Shown here: positions 27,561-41,805 of the stretch, in pieces
Layout of the letters: every line of letters starts with the position of its first letter
Numbering within the stretch: position 1 is the stretch's first letter
Assembly: GCF_009914755.1 (NCBI RefSeq)
Contig: NC_060934.1
Reading direction: 5' to 3' (one strand)
DNA: 64,000 nucleotides
Origin: the human T2T-CHM13v2.0 reference genome, Homo sapiens
The notes under the pieces: generated by a model
Told to the model about the DNA's origin: nothing
What the model saw: only the letters and a program-made list of their open reading frames with translations
The model's database searches: none
Translations under genes and position numbers: made by a program

Positions 27561-30500
27561 TTAAAACAGTTAAAGATTATTTGTAGCCAAGTCAGAAATT
27601 TAAGATTGGGGATGCTGCTCTTCTTCCAAATCAAGTTGTAACTAAGAGACAACCATACCATTGCTCTTGCATTCCTTATAAACTTCTAGTAAAAGAACCA
27701 GTACTCAGGATTAAACCTATTTTACTCAACTCTTTTAAGGACATTATGAGACTGAGAATTTTAGCAAAATCCAAATTTTCCTCTAGGGAGTTTGCAGACC
27801 CTGAAGAAGCATAAAATGTAAAAATACAGTGAATTACTATAATTGCAGTGTTAAAATTCCTCCTGGCTGATCCAGCATCCTTTATGGGATGCTGAATTAA
27901 ATACTAAGCTAGTTTAGCATTAGAGGCCTCTGGAGACTATTTTTCATTTTGTCAAACCTCACCTGCAACTGTGAAAGGAAGTCCAGATACGGAGGCTTTC
28001 ACCTTTGTGACTCTTATGGTAAACAAAAGTGCCCTCTCAACTGGCTCAACATGAAGGCAGTTCAGCAATGAACATAGCTCAACAACGAACACTGGCATTT
28101 CTGCATCTTTAACCCCTATTTTATAAACATCCTTGGTGTTTTCCTACCAGTCTTATCAATAAATGATTATTTATTAAATATCTCCTATACGGCAGACCCT
28201 GTGAAATTTCTTGTATTATATAAGAGTTTCTATTATCTCTGGGGAGACTTTAAAAAATTTCATAATAATGAAAAGGAATGGTTGGTTAAGACTCAAAAGG
28301 AAAGTAAGTGCTACAGAAATGTAGAGGAGAGTGTTCCAACTGGAACAATCAGAAACAAATAAACAAAGAAAAATCTTTAAACACACGTGTGAGACTTGAA
28401 CTAGACTCAAGAGGAATGATTCAGAATGATAATTAGATGGAGGTGGCCTTCTAAAAGGAGGATTAGAATTAAAGAATGTGCCTACTTATGTGACAGGCAT
28501 CGGGGAATTTCAGGATTGGGTAAGCATTACCCTCTGTTGGAAAGTGTCCTGCATACACAGCCAGGAGACCAGGAATCAGAATGACACTGGGCTACATCTT
28601 TACTCCTGACCTCAATCTTCTCATCTGTTCCATGAGGAGGTTGGCTAGATGACACACATGATCCCTTCCAACTCCATAACACACTTTTGTTTGGACAACA
28701 ACATTGCAGTCAGAACACAGAATATTCTGCCTTGAAAAATTCCTCTGCTGTGAGACAATACATAGTATGGTCAACGCATCTTTTCAAAGGTATCATGATG
28801 GGAATGACTGAATCTTCGTGGTCACCCTGACTCTTTCAGTTTTTACTGTGGCTGCTATTTGCTAATAACTCATTTGGTAAACATGCCCCCAGCGTCATGT
28901 GTAGTAGACCTTGGGGGATGGGAGGTAATTAGGCACCTTCTCAAGAAGGTTGCAATCTAAGGTGCCATAACCTGGAGCCTGTGGGCCAAATTCAGGTCAG
29001 GGATTATATTATCATGCAAGCCCGTATTTTAAAATGTTGATAAGTTACTGACAATTTCTCATCAAGGACAAAACAAAGCAAAAAACACCCTGTCTATCTA
29101 GCTGGAGAAGCATTGATTGGGAAGGGATTGTGGGAATGCTCTCACTGGCCCATGTTTCATGACTAGAAGGTTTCATTAGAAGGAGAAAGAACTTCCCAGA
29201 AATCAGTAATTGGTATGTCGAAGGAAAGTATCCCCATATCTGAACCCTTTGTGGAAACTCATTTCATTAGACATAAAACTTCATGAGGGTAAAGACAGCA
29301 AATCAAATAAATAAGACCCACCCGTTGGGGGTTACTGTCTAATTTTTATCTAGTGCCTGCTTTTTCTATCCAAAAGTTGTTCCATTCATTTAAAAGTGAG
29401 AAAGACCATTTATTTTGACCCACATTTTTATGACCCAGTCTTCCCCCGTGCTCTTGTAAATTTACATTTTTGTCTGGTATTTGCAATCTTTATGGTGCCA
29501 TTTTTGCCTAGTTTATTTCTCTTGAATTTAAATGCCAAGGCAAAATAGGCCCCAGCAAAAAGCTCCAGGCACCAGGCACCTGGACATTTTTGTTTCTTGG
29601 GTTTTGCCAATTAAATCAAACTTACTCTGAGACTGCCTTGGGAAGAGACAGGCTTAATACCCTGGTTAGCAAACAGAGGAGTTACAGTCACACTTGACTT
29701 ATAGTCTGTTTAAACTACAAATCAGCTTCAATTTGTGGTTTCTACTTCCTAAGAAATGGAAACCTTGGGGATATCATAGAGAACATAACTGTCAAGTCCC
29801 AGGACTCTAGACTTGCTGGGGTAAAGGGAGGAGGATAAGAGATGAATTATATAATTGCTGTATGTCCAATTATTCAAGAGAGTGCATTTATTTAAGCCCA
29901 TTCTTATGGAACATGTTGGATGTACAAGCAACTCTGAACCAAAGACATCCAACAATTGATCTCTGGCGAAACATATACTGCAGGTCTGAAGAATAATTCC
30001 TGTTCTTCTGTGTCCTGGTTAAAAATTTTAACTTAAAACTATCTCGGAACCTTCATTCCACTCGCAAATCAAGTTGGAACTGAATTCTTGGAAGGAGCAA
30101 AGAAAGAAAAATTATCTCAGATAAGTTATTTTTAAACTTAGATTAAATGCATATTATTGATATAGGATAATGTTGCTGCGATTTTGCTGTCTATCATGGT
30201 TCTGAATGATGAATATACTCAATCGGCAGGACATAAATATATGTTATTCCTTGTGCTTCTAGAATTTTTGGACATTCCTAAAATATAGTGGTTGAAGGAA
30301 AACATATTGAACATAGTACTTCCTAGTACAACTAGCATACTATTTCAAAATCAGTTTATTCCATGGTTCCTGATTTTTGGACTTCAATAGATTATTTTAT
30401 TTCACTTTCTGGGCCTCCAACTAGAGCAAGATGCAAACAGAGACAATTTTACTTAGGTGAATAACCAAAGTTATGTTTTGGTTTATTCATGTTTTAATGT

Positions 30501-30713
30501 AATCTAAATTAAAGATAGATTTTAAGGTTTAATTGAGTTAAATTAATAGGTTTATCTCATGAAATTGTTTATAGCCATTAAATGGGATGAGGTACGCCTA
30601 CATGCATGGATAGGGAAACATGGCTAAGAAGTAACATCAAGTGAAAGTTCAAGCTGCATAAAAATGTGTAATATGATCAAGTTTGTGTAATCATTTGCTA
30701 TATAGATAATTTA

Positions 30714-30815
30714 AATATATATATATATATACACACACACACATACATGTGTAATGTTTATCCATGAACAGAAAAATGTCAAGAAGGAGATATATATATG
30801 TATATATACACACAG
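30714..30815. repeat. (TA)n(CA)n compound microsatellites within an old L1M-like fragment
   Basis: Read directly from the sequence. Confidence 0.75.
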
Positions 30816-31760
30816 TACTAGTCAGAGCTGGAATCTGATCAGGTAAAAGGTTGTTTTGCCATCACAGGCAGGAGAACCTTGGCTTCTGGCAGGAGGAGCG
30901 TCCCAGCCAGGAGTTTTCAGCTTTCTAAGGCATAATCCTCTGCAGCAGCAACATTATGTTGGTATTATTCTCAACAATTAAAATAATAATAAAAAGAAAA
31001 TCATAGTTGTTGCCAAACAAAATTTATGGAAGTTTGGAGGTTCTTCTTAGATTAGGAAAACAAGCAACACCAAGAAAGAGGTAGATGGAAAAGAGGAAGA
31101 GGAGGGATGATGGAAGGGTCTGGAGATTGCCTGCCATGTTTCTGCCTTTTGCCAGAGCATATTTTATTTTATTTATTGCTTTTTTCCTTTTTCACGAGTG
31201 CTGACCCAGACCATATTTCTAAAATGCAGAAGTGTCAGTCATGTTTGGAGATAGGTTTGTCTCTCCACTGAGGCACCAGTAGCCTCCTGGTAGCCCGTTT
31301 CCTTCCTGAGTACATTTCTGTAAGACAGGTGATATCAGGACAATGAGACTGCAGATGACACAGAGGGAGTTCACAGCATTCACCCTCACAGCTTTGTTTT
31401 CAAAAAGTCGCTGCAGGTGACACACTATGAACAACATCCTGATGCTGAAATCACCGGCATCAAGGAGCTAAGATCCCAGAGAAACACCTGACCTTGCTCT
31501 ATAAGCTGGAAGAGTTTCCAGCTGGGAGAACCAGCTAGAGGAAAGAGCCAATGGCAGTGTTCTCCATTACTCTTCATCCTTCACCGGTATTTTTGTTTAT
31601 TACCACTCAAAATGCTCAATCAGTCCCCAACTGAGAAAAATCCCTACCTTGAGGAGTACACAAATATTTTTGGATAAAGCAAGTGGCTTCCTCATATAAA
31701 GAGGTCTGGGTTTTTTAGCTTCATTTTTTCTGGAAGTAACTATTTTCTTGGTTCATGCCA

Positions 31761-32163
<403 letters not shown>

Positions 32164-34545
32164 TGAAATTAGTGTCTGCAGGACTCCTGCCTGTCTGTTA
32201 GGAGACAGCTTGTGTCTCCTCAGGTCAAGGCTATGGCTCTGATCTAACCTTGATCATCCGTGTGATCCTACAAACCTGCTCCAGGTCCCTCGGCCCCCTC
32301 ACCTGGCACTCTGGGCATTTGCACACATACAAGAATAATCTCTGTTATACCAAGTTAAGCCTTGGCTACTGTCCCTTGCTTTTGGAAGGTTTTGACTTCC
32401 CCTGTGTGATTATCCTAGCTGATAAGAAAGTACTGATGCCACCTCTCTTTTCTGTGGGAGAACCGGCATACATACAGTGCAAGACTCTGCTTCTCAATTC
32501 CCAAATGCTTCATGCAACACAGCAAGATTAAAACACTCCCTCATATACAGTGCCAAGAAGCCTTAAATGACCACCTGACATTTTGTACAAAGTCACACAT
32601 GGCTATTTTTGCTACATGTACTTCAATGGAGCTGTCCACAGGTACTTACTCTGCTTCACCTGATCACTTACCACTCTCAGCTGTAAAATGTGGCCATCCT
32701 ATAATATCTGGGGAGAAAGATCCTCTCTGGATTATGTCCCAACAAACAGAAGATATACTCATCTTCATGTGATCTATTGCTTTTAATTGGTTGACTCGAA
32801 CCTGTTAATTAAAGATGAGAATATTGTGCAGAATTTAGGATACCTCCATTACCCAACACAACCCTGCTCCCTCCTGTCTTTCCTTTAACCTCACTTCATG
32901 AGAGAATACAGCTCTATTATTGTATTCTCCATTGGAAACAAAGTTGGAAATTCAAACACTAGTATTTTCTTAACTTCAAAATGTACTAAGTGAGAAAGGA
33001 GAAGCAGATTATATGGCTTTTTACCAGAATCACCAAAAACTCATTTACCAGAGATGGACACCACTCAGTACTCAGCATTAGCACAGAGGACAGGAGTAAA
33101 TGGAAACCAACAGAAGATGGCTCACCATTTACACGGGACACATGAGGGATGTGGTTAACACAGTTGGTTACATTAGCCACAGATACTGATCTGGGGTTAC
33201 CAGGAAAACATGAAGAACATGTACAGAAGGTTACTGAACAAGGACCAACAAGAAAAATATCTACCTGTACTGAAGAGAAACCACAGTTCAAACACAGGCG
33301 TGCCTCAGCTCAGGGTGTCTGTGCTCACACATGCCAGTAGACTCTCTATTATATCAACCTTGGTTATTGGTTCCTGAGAGCTGTTCTGGGGTCAAACCTC
33401 CAGAATAATTTTTGTTTCTTCAAAAATCAAGCATACATTCTACCTTCATACTAACCACAGCTCCCCAAATGTAAGATCAGCTACCTACTGAGGAAGCATG
33501 ATCCCTAGCCATGATGGTGTTCAGTGAGAGTGAGATGCTAGAGGCTCCCTGGTCCTGATGGTAATGAGTAGGAGGATCCATGCCTCAGTCATGGCTGCAT
33601 TAGGTAAACTCTAACTCTACTGATACTTTCTCAGAGCTAATATCCCAAAGCAACAAAGCTGTGATTTAATACACACTCATAACAACATTATGACTATTTT
33701 CATCATTCATGTGAAGAAACTGAGGCTCACAGATATTAAATGACCTACTCTAAGTCATATGGATGATTAGTGGCAAAACCAGGGCCAGCCTAGGCCTGGT
33801 CAACTTCCAGCCCAATGCTTCATTCTCTGGTCTCCAAGCAAAAAGGCTACATGCCTAAAGCCTGGATGTCCATAAAATAAATCCCAAAAAAGACTACGGA
33901 AAGCAGCACTGGCCCAGTGCTGAAGAACAGACAGGGAGGGCTGGTGGCAACTTCCCCTGGGCCCTTGGATGCTATATCTGATTTTTCTTTCTGGGATCAT
34001 GGCCTCACATTTCACCCAACATCATAATTTATCAGGAAGAAGACACTGCTGAGGTCACATCATAATCTTAAGGCCTTGGTCCCTGGAAGCTCCTCTCAGT
34101 TCAAACACTTCATGCAGTACCTTTTCTTAGTTTGGCTCTGTCTGAGGTAGGCTGGAAGCTGACACAGTGAGGGAAACGACTTGCTCTTCCACGCCAAATG
34201 GTTAAAGTGTTCATTCCATGAATTGGAAAATGAGCCTGGTGCAAAAGAAACTACCTATCTTAGGTTCTAGTTGGAGAGAAGTGTGTTGCATCCAAGCTAT
34301 GTGGACCAAGAGGACACATGTACAGTATTTCTGCCAAAAAATTCACAGGGCCATAGTACTTATCAGGGAAAAGATTTTTTTCTTGTTTTTCTCCTCCTCC
34401 AGATTCTCCTTCCCCTTCTGCTCCTCCACATCTTTCTTCCTCCTTTACTCTTCCTTCATTTTTTCTTTTTGGCAGTTTGTCCCCTTCATACAGAGTATTT
34501 ATAAAAATGTTTTAAAGCATTTTGCCCTGCCACACAAATAATCGT

Positions 34546-34589
34546 GAACAAATAAAACAAAACAAAATAAAACAAAACAAAATAAAACA
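34546..34589. repeat. (AAAAC/AAAAT)n
   Basis: Read directly from the sequence. Confidence 0.85.
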
Positions 34590-34627
34590 CCATGGGACAG
34601 ATTACTGTAAATATTTTAAAAGGGGTC

Positions 34628-35012
34628 TGATATGCTTAGCCTTTGTATCCCCACCCAAATCTCATCTTGAATTATAATCCCCATTATCCCTGTAGTGCCC
34701 ATGTGTCAAAGGAGAGACCAGGTAGAGGTAATTGAATCATGGAGGTGGTTTCCCCCATGCTGTTCTCGTGATAGTGAGTTCTCACATGATCTGATGGTTT
34801 TATATGGGGCTCTTCCCACTTCGCTCAGCACTTCTCCTTCCTGCCACCATGTGAAGGTGCATTGCTTACTCCTTTCTGTCTTCCATGATTGTAAATTTCT
34901 GGAGGCTTCCCTAGCCATGCTGAATTGTGAATCAGTTAAATCTCTTTCCTTTATAAATTACCCAGTCTCAGGCAGTTCTTTATAGCATGATGAAAATAAA
35001 TGGACTGATACA
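34628..35012 (+). mobile_element. THE1D/MSTA-type solo LTR
   Basis: TGATATG...CCCACCCAAATCTCATCTTGAATT ... ATAAATTACCCAGTCTCAGG ... GGACTGATACA; near-TSD GGGTC/GGGAC. Confidence 0.92.
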
Positions 35013-38000
35013 GGGACTTAGTGAAGAGAGAGATGTCTTGGATATGAGCCAATAGTAGATTAGAACATATGGAAGATTTTGCCTTGGGTAAACTAATTTA
35101 AGGAACATGAAATCACACCAACTAAGACGTTATGAGTACCCTTTATGACAGACACTCTGCTAAATATTTTGCTTTTATCACTGCATGTCTTCCTGACAAC
35201 AACTCTATGAAGTAGGTATGATTATTATGCGCACTTTGCAAAGAAGGATACCAAAGCACATTTAGCTATGTATTTGTCTAAGATTATATCACACGAAGCA
35301 GTGCTAGGTTTCAAACTCAAGCAATTTCAGTACAACCACACCACACTGAAGGTTATTTGGTTATTCGCCAAACAAGGCATTAGTGCTCAGAAGGAGAGTT
35401 ATCTGATTTGCTCGAAATCAACCTGCAAATATGCGACATAGTCAGGATAAAACCCTAATCTCCTAAGTCTTGTCCGATGCTCTTTCCATAGCATAAAAAT
35501 AAATCCCAGACACAAAACTCATGTTCTTCCAAAGTGCTGATTCATACACATGGGTCAGGGATGAGCTAAGAACCACAGATTTTCCCCACTGGCCATCATA
35601 AAAACTTCTTATTAAAGACACTGTCTTAAAGCACTTTTTGGATTAAAAACAATTCATAGAGATTCAACCTCAAAGCACCATGCACTTAGTGTGGTCCAGG
35701 ATTTCCTTGTGCCAGGGGCTCTTACCTTTTACAACATCTTCAACATCTACTCAGGAAGTGGGTAGTACATATTCCTTTTTTACAGACGGAAAGAGAGGAG
35801 CTCACAGAAGTTAAGTGACTGATTGCAGGTCACAGAACTAGTACACAGCCACCAAGGCCTGGGGCCAGCTCTGCTCACTCCTGGTTCCAGATTCTCCTGT
35901 TCAATCTAGGATATATTAGAAACATGGTATGCCAGTTAAGAGAGTGTGTGTGAAGTTACCTCAAAAAGTAGAGTCTTTAGTTGGGAAACTGGTTTTGAAA
36001 GATTACAGGAGTTTTTATAATCTAGTGTAAATGCTATCCAGCAAACAGTCCTTAACCTCATCCCCATCACAGAATAGAAAGCTCTAGAATCAAGATAAAG
36101 ACTAAAACCTGTTTAAACTTGAATCTCAACCACCTTGACCTTAACAGAAAGCTTTTGTAATTTCTACAAATGTCTTATCCTTTAATAATTAATTACATAG
36201 ACCTCATAAACTGATAAGCCTGACTCCACACTAATGAGCTACTTTACTGACCTTCATATAATTTTACTGTTTCCTACAAACTGGTTTTACAAGAGTAGTG
36301 CTCTCCTTAAGAAAGCAAAGTGAGCTCTGAGGTTTTGCCTCCACCTTGCCTTCTGTAGGCTGTGGGGGGAAGAGGAAGTATACCAAAAATGCAAAATCAG
36401 GTCACCTGAAATATACCAACTCTTTCCAAAAAGGGTTCCAAAACTGTTTTTAAGTCAAAATAAGACCCTCTTTTAAAAGAGACAAAATTTAAAAAAATGA
36501 AACTGAGCGTAAACTGCAGAGGGTGGCACAGAGTGGTAGAAATGAACTTGGCCAGTCTCTGACATATAGACTCTTTGCTTTTAATGGGTAATTTGTTTCT
36601 TGGAAGATACTGTCCCTCAAGCTATCCTCTAGGCACTTGTAGCTGCAAGTCATGGTAAAACAAAACTGTTTTGGACAAAGAAGACTAGAGGTGAAAGCCA
36701 ACTCCTGGTTTTGTGAAGCAGAGGGACTTACTGGCAGGGAGCCTGAAGACACTGTTTTGCTGTCATGTACAACACCTACACCCATGTTCCCTGCAAGGGG
36801 TATTTTTTTATATTTTGATATAATTTAGATTTGAACAAATGTTCATGAAATAACCTAAATGACTTTAATATTTTTAGTTGAGGCAATTACTATCAGTAAT
36901 AGAAGTCCATCCACCCACTCAATGATAAAACTGTACTTTCCAAGTTCTCTTTTCTTACCTTTTTGCTCTTTCTCTCTCACTGGCTTTCATATCAAGACCC
37001 ATTTCCAAACCTAAATTCTTCTACAATAACTTATCATGAAAGATGACTGTGAAAAAGCAAGATGTGGGAAAAAATTATGCAATTCAACAGGTCATCTATG
37101 CTTGTTCTCTCATTTATTTAACCAAACTCGAATAAATGAATCACTCTCTTCATAAGAGCGCAGGACAGTCACAGGAATGAGGAACAAACTGAGGGTTGAT
37201 AGGCTGAAGTAGAAGCCATTAAAATGGCCCCCGTAAGCCCACTTTACTTAACCCAAAATAACTGCTCAGTGGGAAATAAGTGTTCATGTTAAACAGTGAT
37301 TTGTGGGAACAGAAAACCATGGGTGGTATTTCAAAAGCATAGTGGAGTCGTACTGCAGCCTTGGTTCACTTTCTTGTACTGGGCAACTGAGTTGATGAGG
37401 TCCGTCTCATGTAGGGACAGAGCCTCAGAGACTGACCTAAGAAACATAGTTAAACTTAATTAATTCAGCTATTCTTACTTTTCTACTGTTCAAAGAACCA
37501 GCCAACTTATCTCCCCAACCAGATGGTGAGCTCAAGGGAAAGACTGCTAACATATATTTCTTTATGTCTCTATCAATATATGCCTAGATAAAATCAATGA
37601 CCAAAACAAAATGTTGAAACTACTTTTTAAAAAAAGAGGCAAGCTAAATTATCTTGGGGACTGGGAACAAAGAACCAGGACTGCAAATCAGTTCCACATG
37701 TTTCTGGCAGTCTCAGGCTCTAGCCAAAGCTAGAGTTCATTCCTTCAGCCCTGACTCCATCAGATGTATCTAATTATGTTTCTAGGCTACAAGACAAAAA
37801 AGATGTACATTAGTTTCTCACTTTGAGAGACAGAGTGATAGAATAACAGAATGATTTTATTCTGCTAAAAAGAAAATGAGTCACAGATACTTTCATGTAA
37901 GAATACATTTTCTCAAACATTAAAAAGCACTTTCGAATGTGCTCCAATTTCCCCTTGTATGTCCAAGACAATGTCACTGAGTGGTTTGAGTAGTATCACA

Positions 38001-38597
38001 AAAGATTAAAGAAATAGAAAGAGATACATCATGCAAATATTAACTCAAGGGTACACATTAAAATAAGTTTAACTAATGAAATTAAAATGAAATAGTACAT
38101 CAAAGTGCATTATGCTCCCACCCAAAATCACTTCACACACCATGGCATCACACGTACCACACTTGGAAAACACTGAGGTTCATGATTTCTAAAGGTCATT
38201 GGTTCTGAATTCTCAGGTTCTCTCACCTCTCAATAAGAATTTAGCTCAATGGACTTATTCAGGTAAAATGGCTGCTCTAATCTTTCTGGGAATTGTACTA
38301 ACTAGACACTCTTTTCTGGGGTTTCAAAGACAAGGCCAGATACTGCACTAACTGAAAAGCTTATGGAAGCATTATCAGCTACCATAGGAGGACAGGAGGA
38401 TGGGGAGTATAGAAGTGACCACAGAGGAGACACTGAATTTGAGGATGGCTTCACTCATGGCATAGCTGGCCCTTTCACTTTTCCCTTAGGAAGAGATCCG
38501 TGCATCAGGCTTTTGAATAGCTCATCACGGTGCTTGCAAAGACCACTGAATTTTGTATATGGCTGTCAGGCAAAGGCAACCAAGAGGAGGTATTATA

Positions 38598-38812
38598 TAA
38601 CTGCACTGCCCAATATGCTAGCCACTGACTACATATAGCTATTAATAATTAAATTCAAAATAATTAAAATTAAATAAAACTAAAACTGCAATTACTCTGT
38701 TGCACTAGTCAGATTTCAAATGATCAATAGCCATGGTGGCTAGAAGCTATTGTGCTGGCAGAGTAGAGGATATTTCCATCATTGCAGAAAGTTCTATTGA
38801 ATGGATTTCTCT
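38598..38812. mobile_element. MER3-like hAT-Charlie DNA transposon
   Basis: CTGCCCAATATGCTAGCCACT ... ATTTCCATCATTGCAGAAAGTTCTATTG. Confidence 0.75.
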
Positions 38813-39944
38813 GTAGCCTCTATTGATAAATGGTCTGCAGAGGATCCACAGATTGGGAAAGAATCCAGTCACGTGAGAAGGTGTAGTCCAGCTAAAATTG
38901 CATGCATGCTCATGCACGCACACAAACACATATGACTTCTGGAGTCTGAGATCTCTATTTCTGTGATCATCAAAGTAGATCCAGAGTAAAAGTCAAGTAT
39001 TATTTTCTTCCTCCCCAGTTGTTTCCCCAACTCCTGATCCCTTGCTTATATTTGTATTACCCAAAATTTGCTGTACCAAATAAGGTCGGATATGATAAGT
39101 AAGTTGCTGAGAATTATGGGCAGGTAGATTGTTTAGGAAATGTAAATAAAAAGGTTTTGTTTGTTTGTTTTGTTTTGACCTAAAACCTTTTTATCTTCCT
39201 TCTACTTTACTTGAAAGCAACAATGTCAATAAGTCTGAGAGCAACACTGCGCAGATCACCAACTCCATCCAAAAGCGTGAAAAATGGAAGATACAATCAA
39301 CCAAGATTAGATGATAAATATTCATTGAGTATTTGGATTATTACAAGTATGTTTGGGTTCCTGTTATCAGTTCCCTTGACTTCAGGACAACTGCAGCCTC
39401 TAAGTTTAGAAGTCACTGTGCTAGGTAAACCCCAATATGCCTTCACTTTACACATGATGAAATTCAGGAAAGTTTGGTTCTTGCCATTATGTTAAGAACA
39501 TTTAAAATCATTTAATTAAATAAATTCAGAGAAACTGTTATATGTGTTTTACAAAGCACATGTGACAATTATACAGTGAAATAGATTTTTTGCTTCCCAA
39601 GGGAGTTTTTAGCAGTGAATTAAAGAAATTGCCATCAACTGAATTCAGCAAATTGACTGCTTGTTCAGCCAGACACTACTATCCACAGCAGCAGTGTTGG
39701 GTTTCAGTAGAAGGATAAGAAGGTTAAGGGCACACTGTGTATAGACTCTCATGGAAAGTATTCTTCTGGAGCTTCATTGTCAATGACAATCCTGAAGGTT
39801 TCAAGCATCTATCATAGATCGAGCTTCCCCAGAGTTCATGTATCTATGTATTTACTGCTTACCAGGAAAAAGCTCATGTTACTAAGCATCTATTGTACCT
39901 CGATTATCAATGACAGATTTTAAAGTGGGTTATTAACAAAATAG

Positions 39945-40087
39945 TTAACTTTTATTGACCACATACTATATCTTAGGTTTTGTGCTAAATGTTTTATTTG
40001 AATGTCTCATTTTATCTTCACAACCACCCTAGAGACAGACACTATTATTCATCACATTTTAGACCCCAGAGAACTGAGACTTAGAAA
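39945..40087 (-). mobile_element. MIR, first half (continues at about 41808-41885)
   Basis: ACTTTTATTGACC ... GAACTGAGACTTAGA, resuming as TTGTCCAGGATGACAC ... GAGCCAGAAT. Confidence 0.7.
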
Positions 40088-40089
40088 TA

Positions 40090-41805
40090 CAGTTGACCTT
40101 CGAACAATGTTGGGGTTAGGGAAACCAATTGCCTGTATAGTTGAAAATACACATACAACTTTTGACTCTGTTAGGAAACAACAAGTGCTGGAGAGGATGT
40201 GGAGAAATAGGAACACTTTTACACTGTTGGTGGGACTGTAAACTAGTTCAACCATTGTGGAAGTCAGTGTGGCGATTCCTCAGGGATCTAGAACTAGAAA
40301 TACCATTTGACCCAGCCATCCCATTACTGGGTATATACCCAAAGGACTATAAATCATGCTGCTGTAAAGACACATGCACACATATGTTTATTGCGGCATT
40401 ATTCACAATAGCAAAGACTTGGAACCAACCCAAATGTCCAACAATGATAGACTGGATTAAGAAAATGTGGTACATGTACACCATGGAATACTATGCAGCC
40501 ATAAAAAATGATGAGTTCATGTCCTTTGTAGGGACATGGATGAAATTGGAAATCATCATTCTCAGTAAACTACCGCAAGAACAAAAAACCAAACACCGCA
40601 TATTCTCACTCATAGGTGGGAATTGAACAATGAGAACACATGGACACAGGAAGGGGAACATCACACTCTGGGGACTGTTGTGGGGTGGGGGGAGGGGGGA
40701 GGGATAGCATTGGGAGATATACCTAATGCTAGATGAAGAGTTAGTGGGTGCAGCACACCAGCATGGCACATGTATCCATATGTAACTAACCTGCACATTG
40801 TGCACATGTACCCTAAAACTTAAAGTATAATAATAAAAAAAAAACACTTGACTCTCTGAAAATGTAACTATAAATAGTCTACTGTTGAATGGAAGCCTTA
40901 CCAATAACAGTCAACTAGCACATATTTTGTATGTTATAATATTATATATATTATACTTTTACAATAAAGCCAGAGAAAAAATGTTATTAAGAAATTCATA
41001 GAAAAGATAAAATGTATTTACAGTGCTATATTGTATTTATTGATAATGTAAGTTCATGTATTCTGTTTATGATATGAATCACCTATCTGAAATGGCAGGA
41101 AACCACAGCTGCAGACTGCAATCTATGGTACACATCAAGCAATTCAACTTTTTTTTTTTGTAATGTTATGACTTTCATCAGTTTCTTGGGAGCTTTTCCA
41201 ACAACACTAGTGGCACTTTGTATGGGTCCTATGGTGTTAGTCAAGGTTTATAGTGCTGCGCTAAACAGGATGAAAAATATGCGAGAATACAATTTGCTGG
41301 AAAGAGAAACTGCTCAGGTGGAGATGAAGAGCATCACAGGGCATTTTAAGCGGATAGTACCAACACTTGAACTCACTGCAACAGCAACAGAAGGTGGCTA
41401 CAGAATTATTGCAGTAGTATAGTACGTACTACGGTTAATTTTATGTAGTTATAATTTAATACTTTATTTTTATGTTTGTTTACATTTCTCCCCACTGAGA
41501 ATAGCATCATGCATGGTCTGTGTTTGCATGAAGAAGTTTTGATAAGTTTTGACTTTCTACAATAGATTTGTGTATATTTTATGGTGGTAAATGACAAAAA
41601 CAGACTAGTATCTACGTATATTTTATATAATCAGGACATGTCTAACTTTTTCTTAATTTTTTCAGTATTTCTAGTCTACATGGTTCATCTGTAAGCTTTT
41701 TCAAGTCATTGCAAATCTCAAAAAAGTTCTAATATCTTTTTTTAAAAGTATCTGAATATAAGTGTACTCACACAGTTCAAACCTGTGTTGTTCAAGAGTC
41801 AACTA
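40090..41805 (-). mobile_element. Tigger2-family DNA transposon (Tigger2b-like, about 1 kb excluding the nested L1)
   Basis: TIRs CAGTTGACCTTCGAACAA ... TTGTTCAAGAGTCAACTA, with TA on both sides. Confidence 0.9.
40170..40842 (+). mobile_element. L1PA (about L1PA2/3) 3' end nested in Tigger2
   Basis: ORF2p C-terminus intact to ...IFSLIGGN*; 3' UTR GCATTGGGAGATATACCTAATGCTAGATG; poly-A; degenerate TSD AACTTTTGACTCT / AACACTTGACTCT. Confidence 0.97.

Noticed and set aside
40141-40626. 161-aa ORF fusing Tigger sequence to the L1 ORF2 end
   Set aside because: Non-ATG (TTG) start and a chance in-frame junction, with no evidence of expression.
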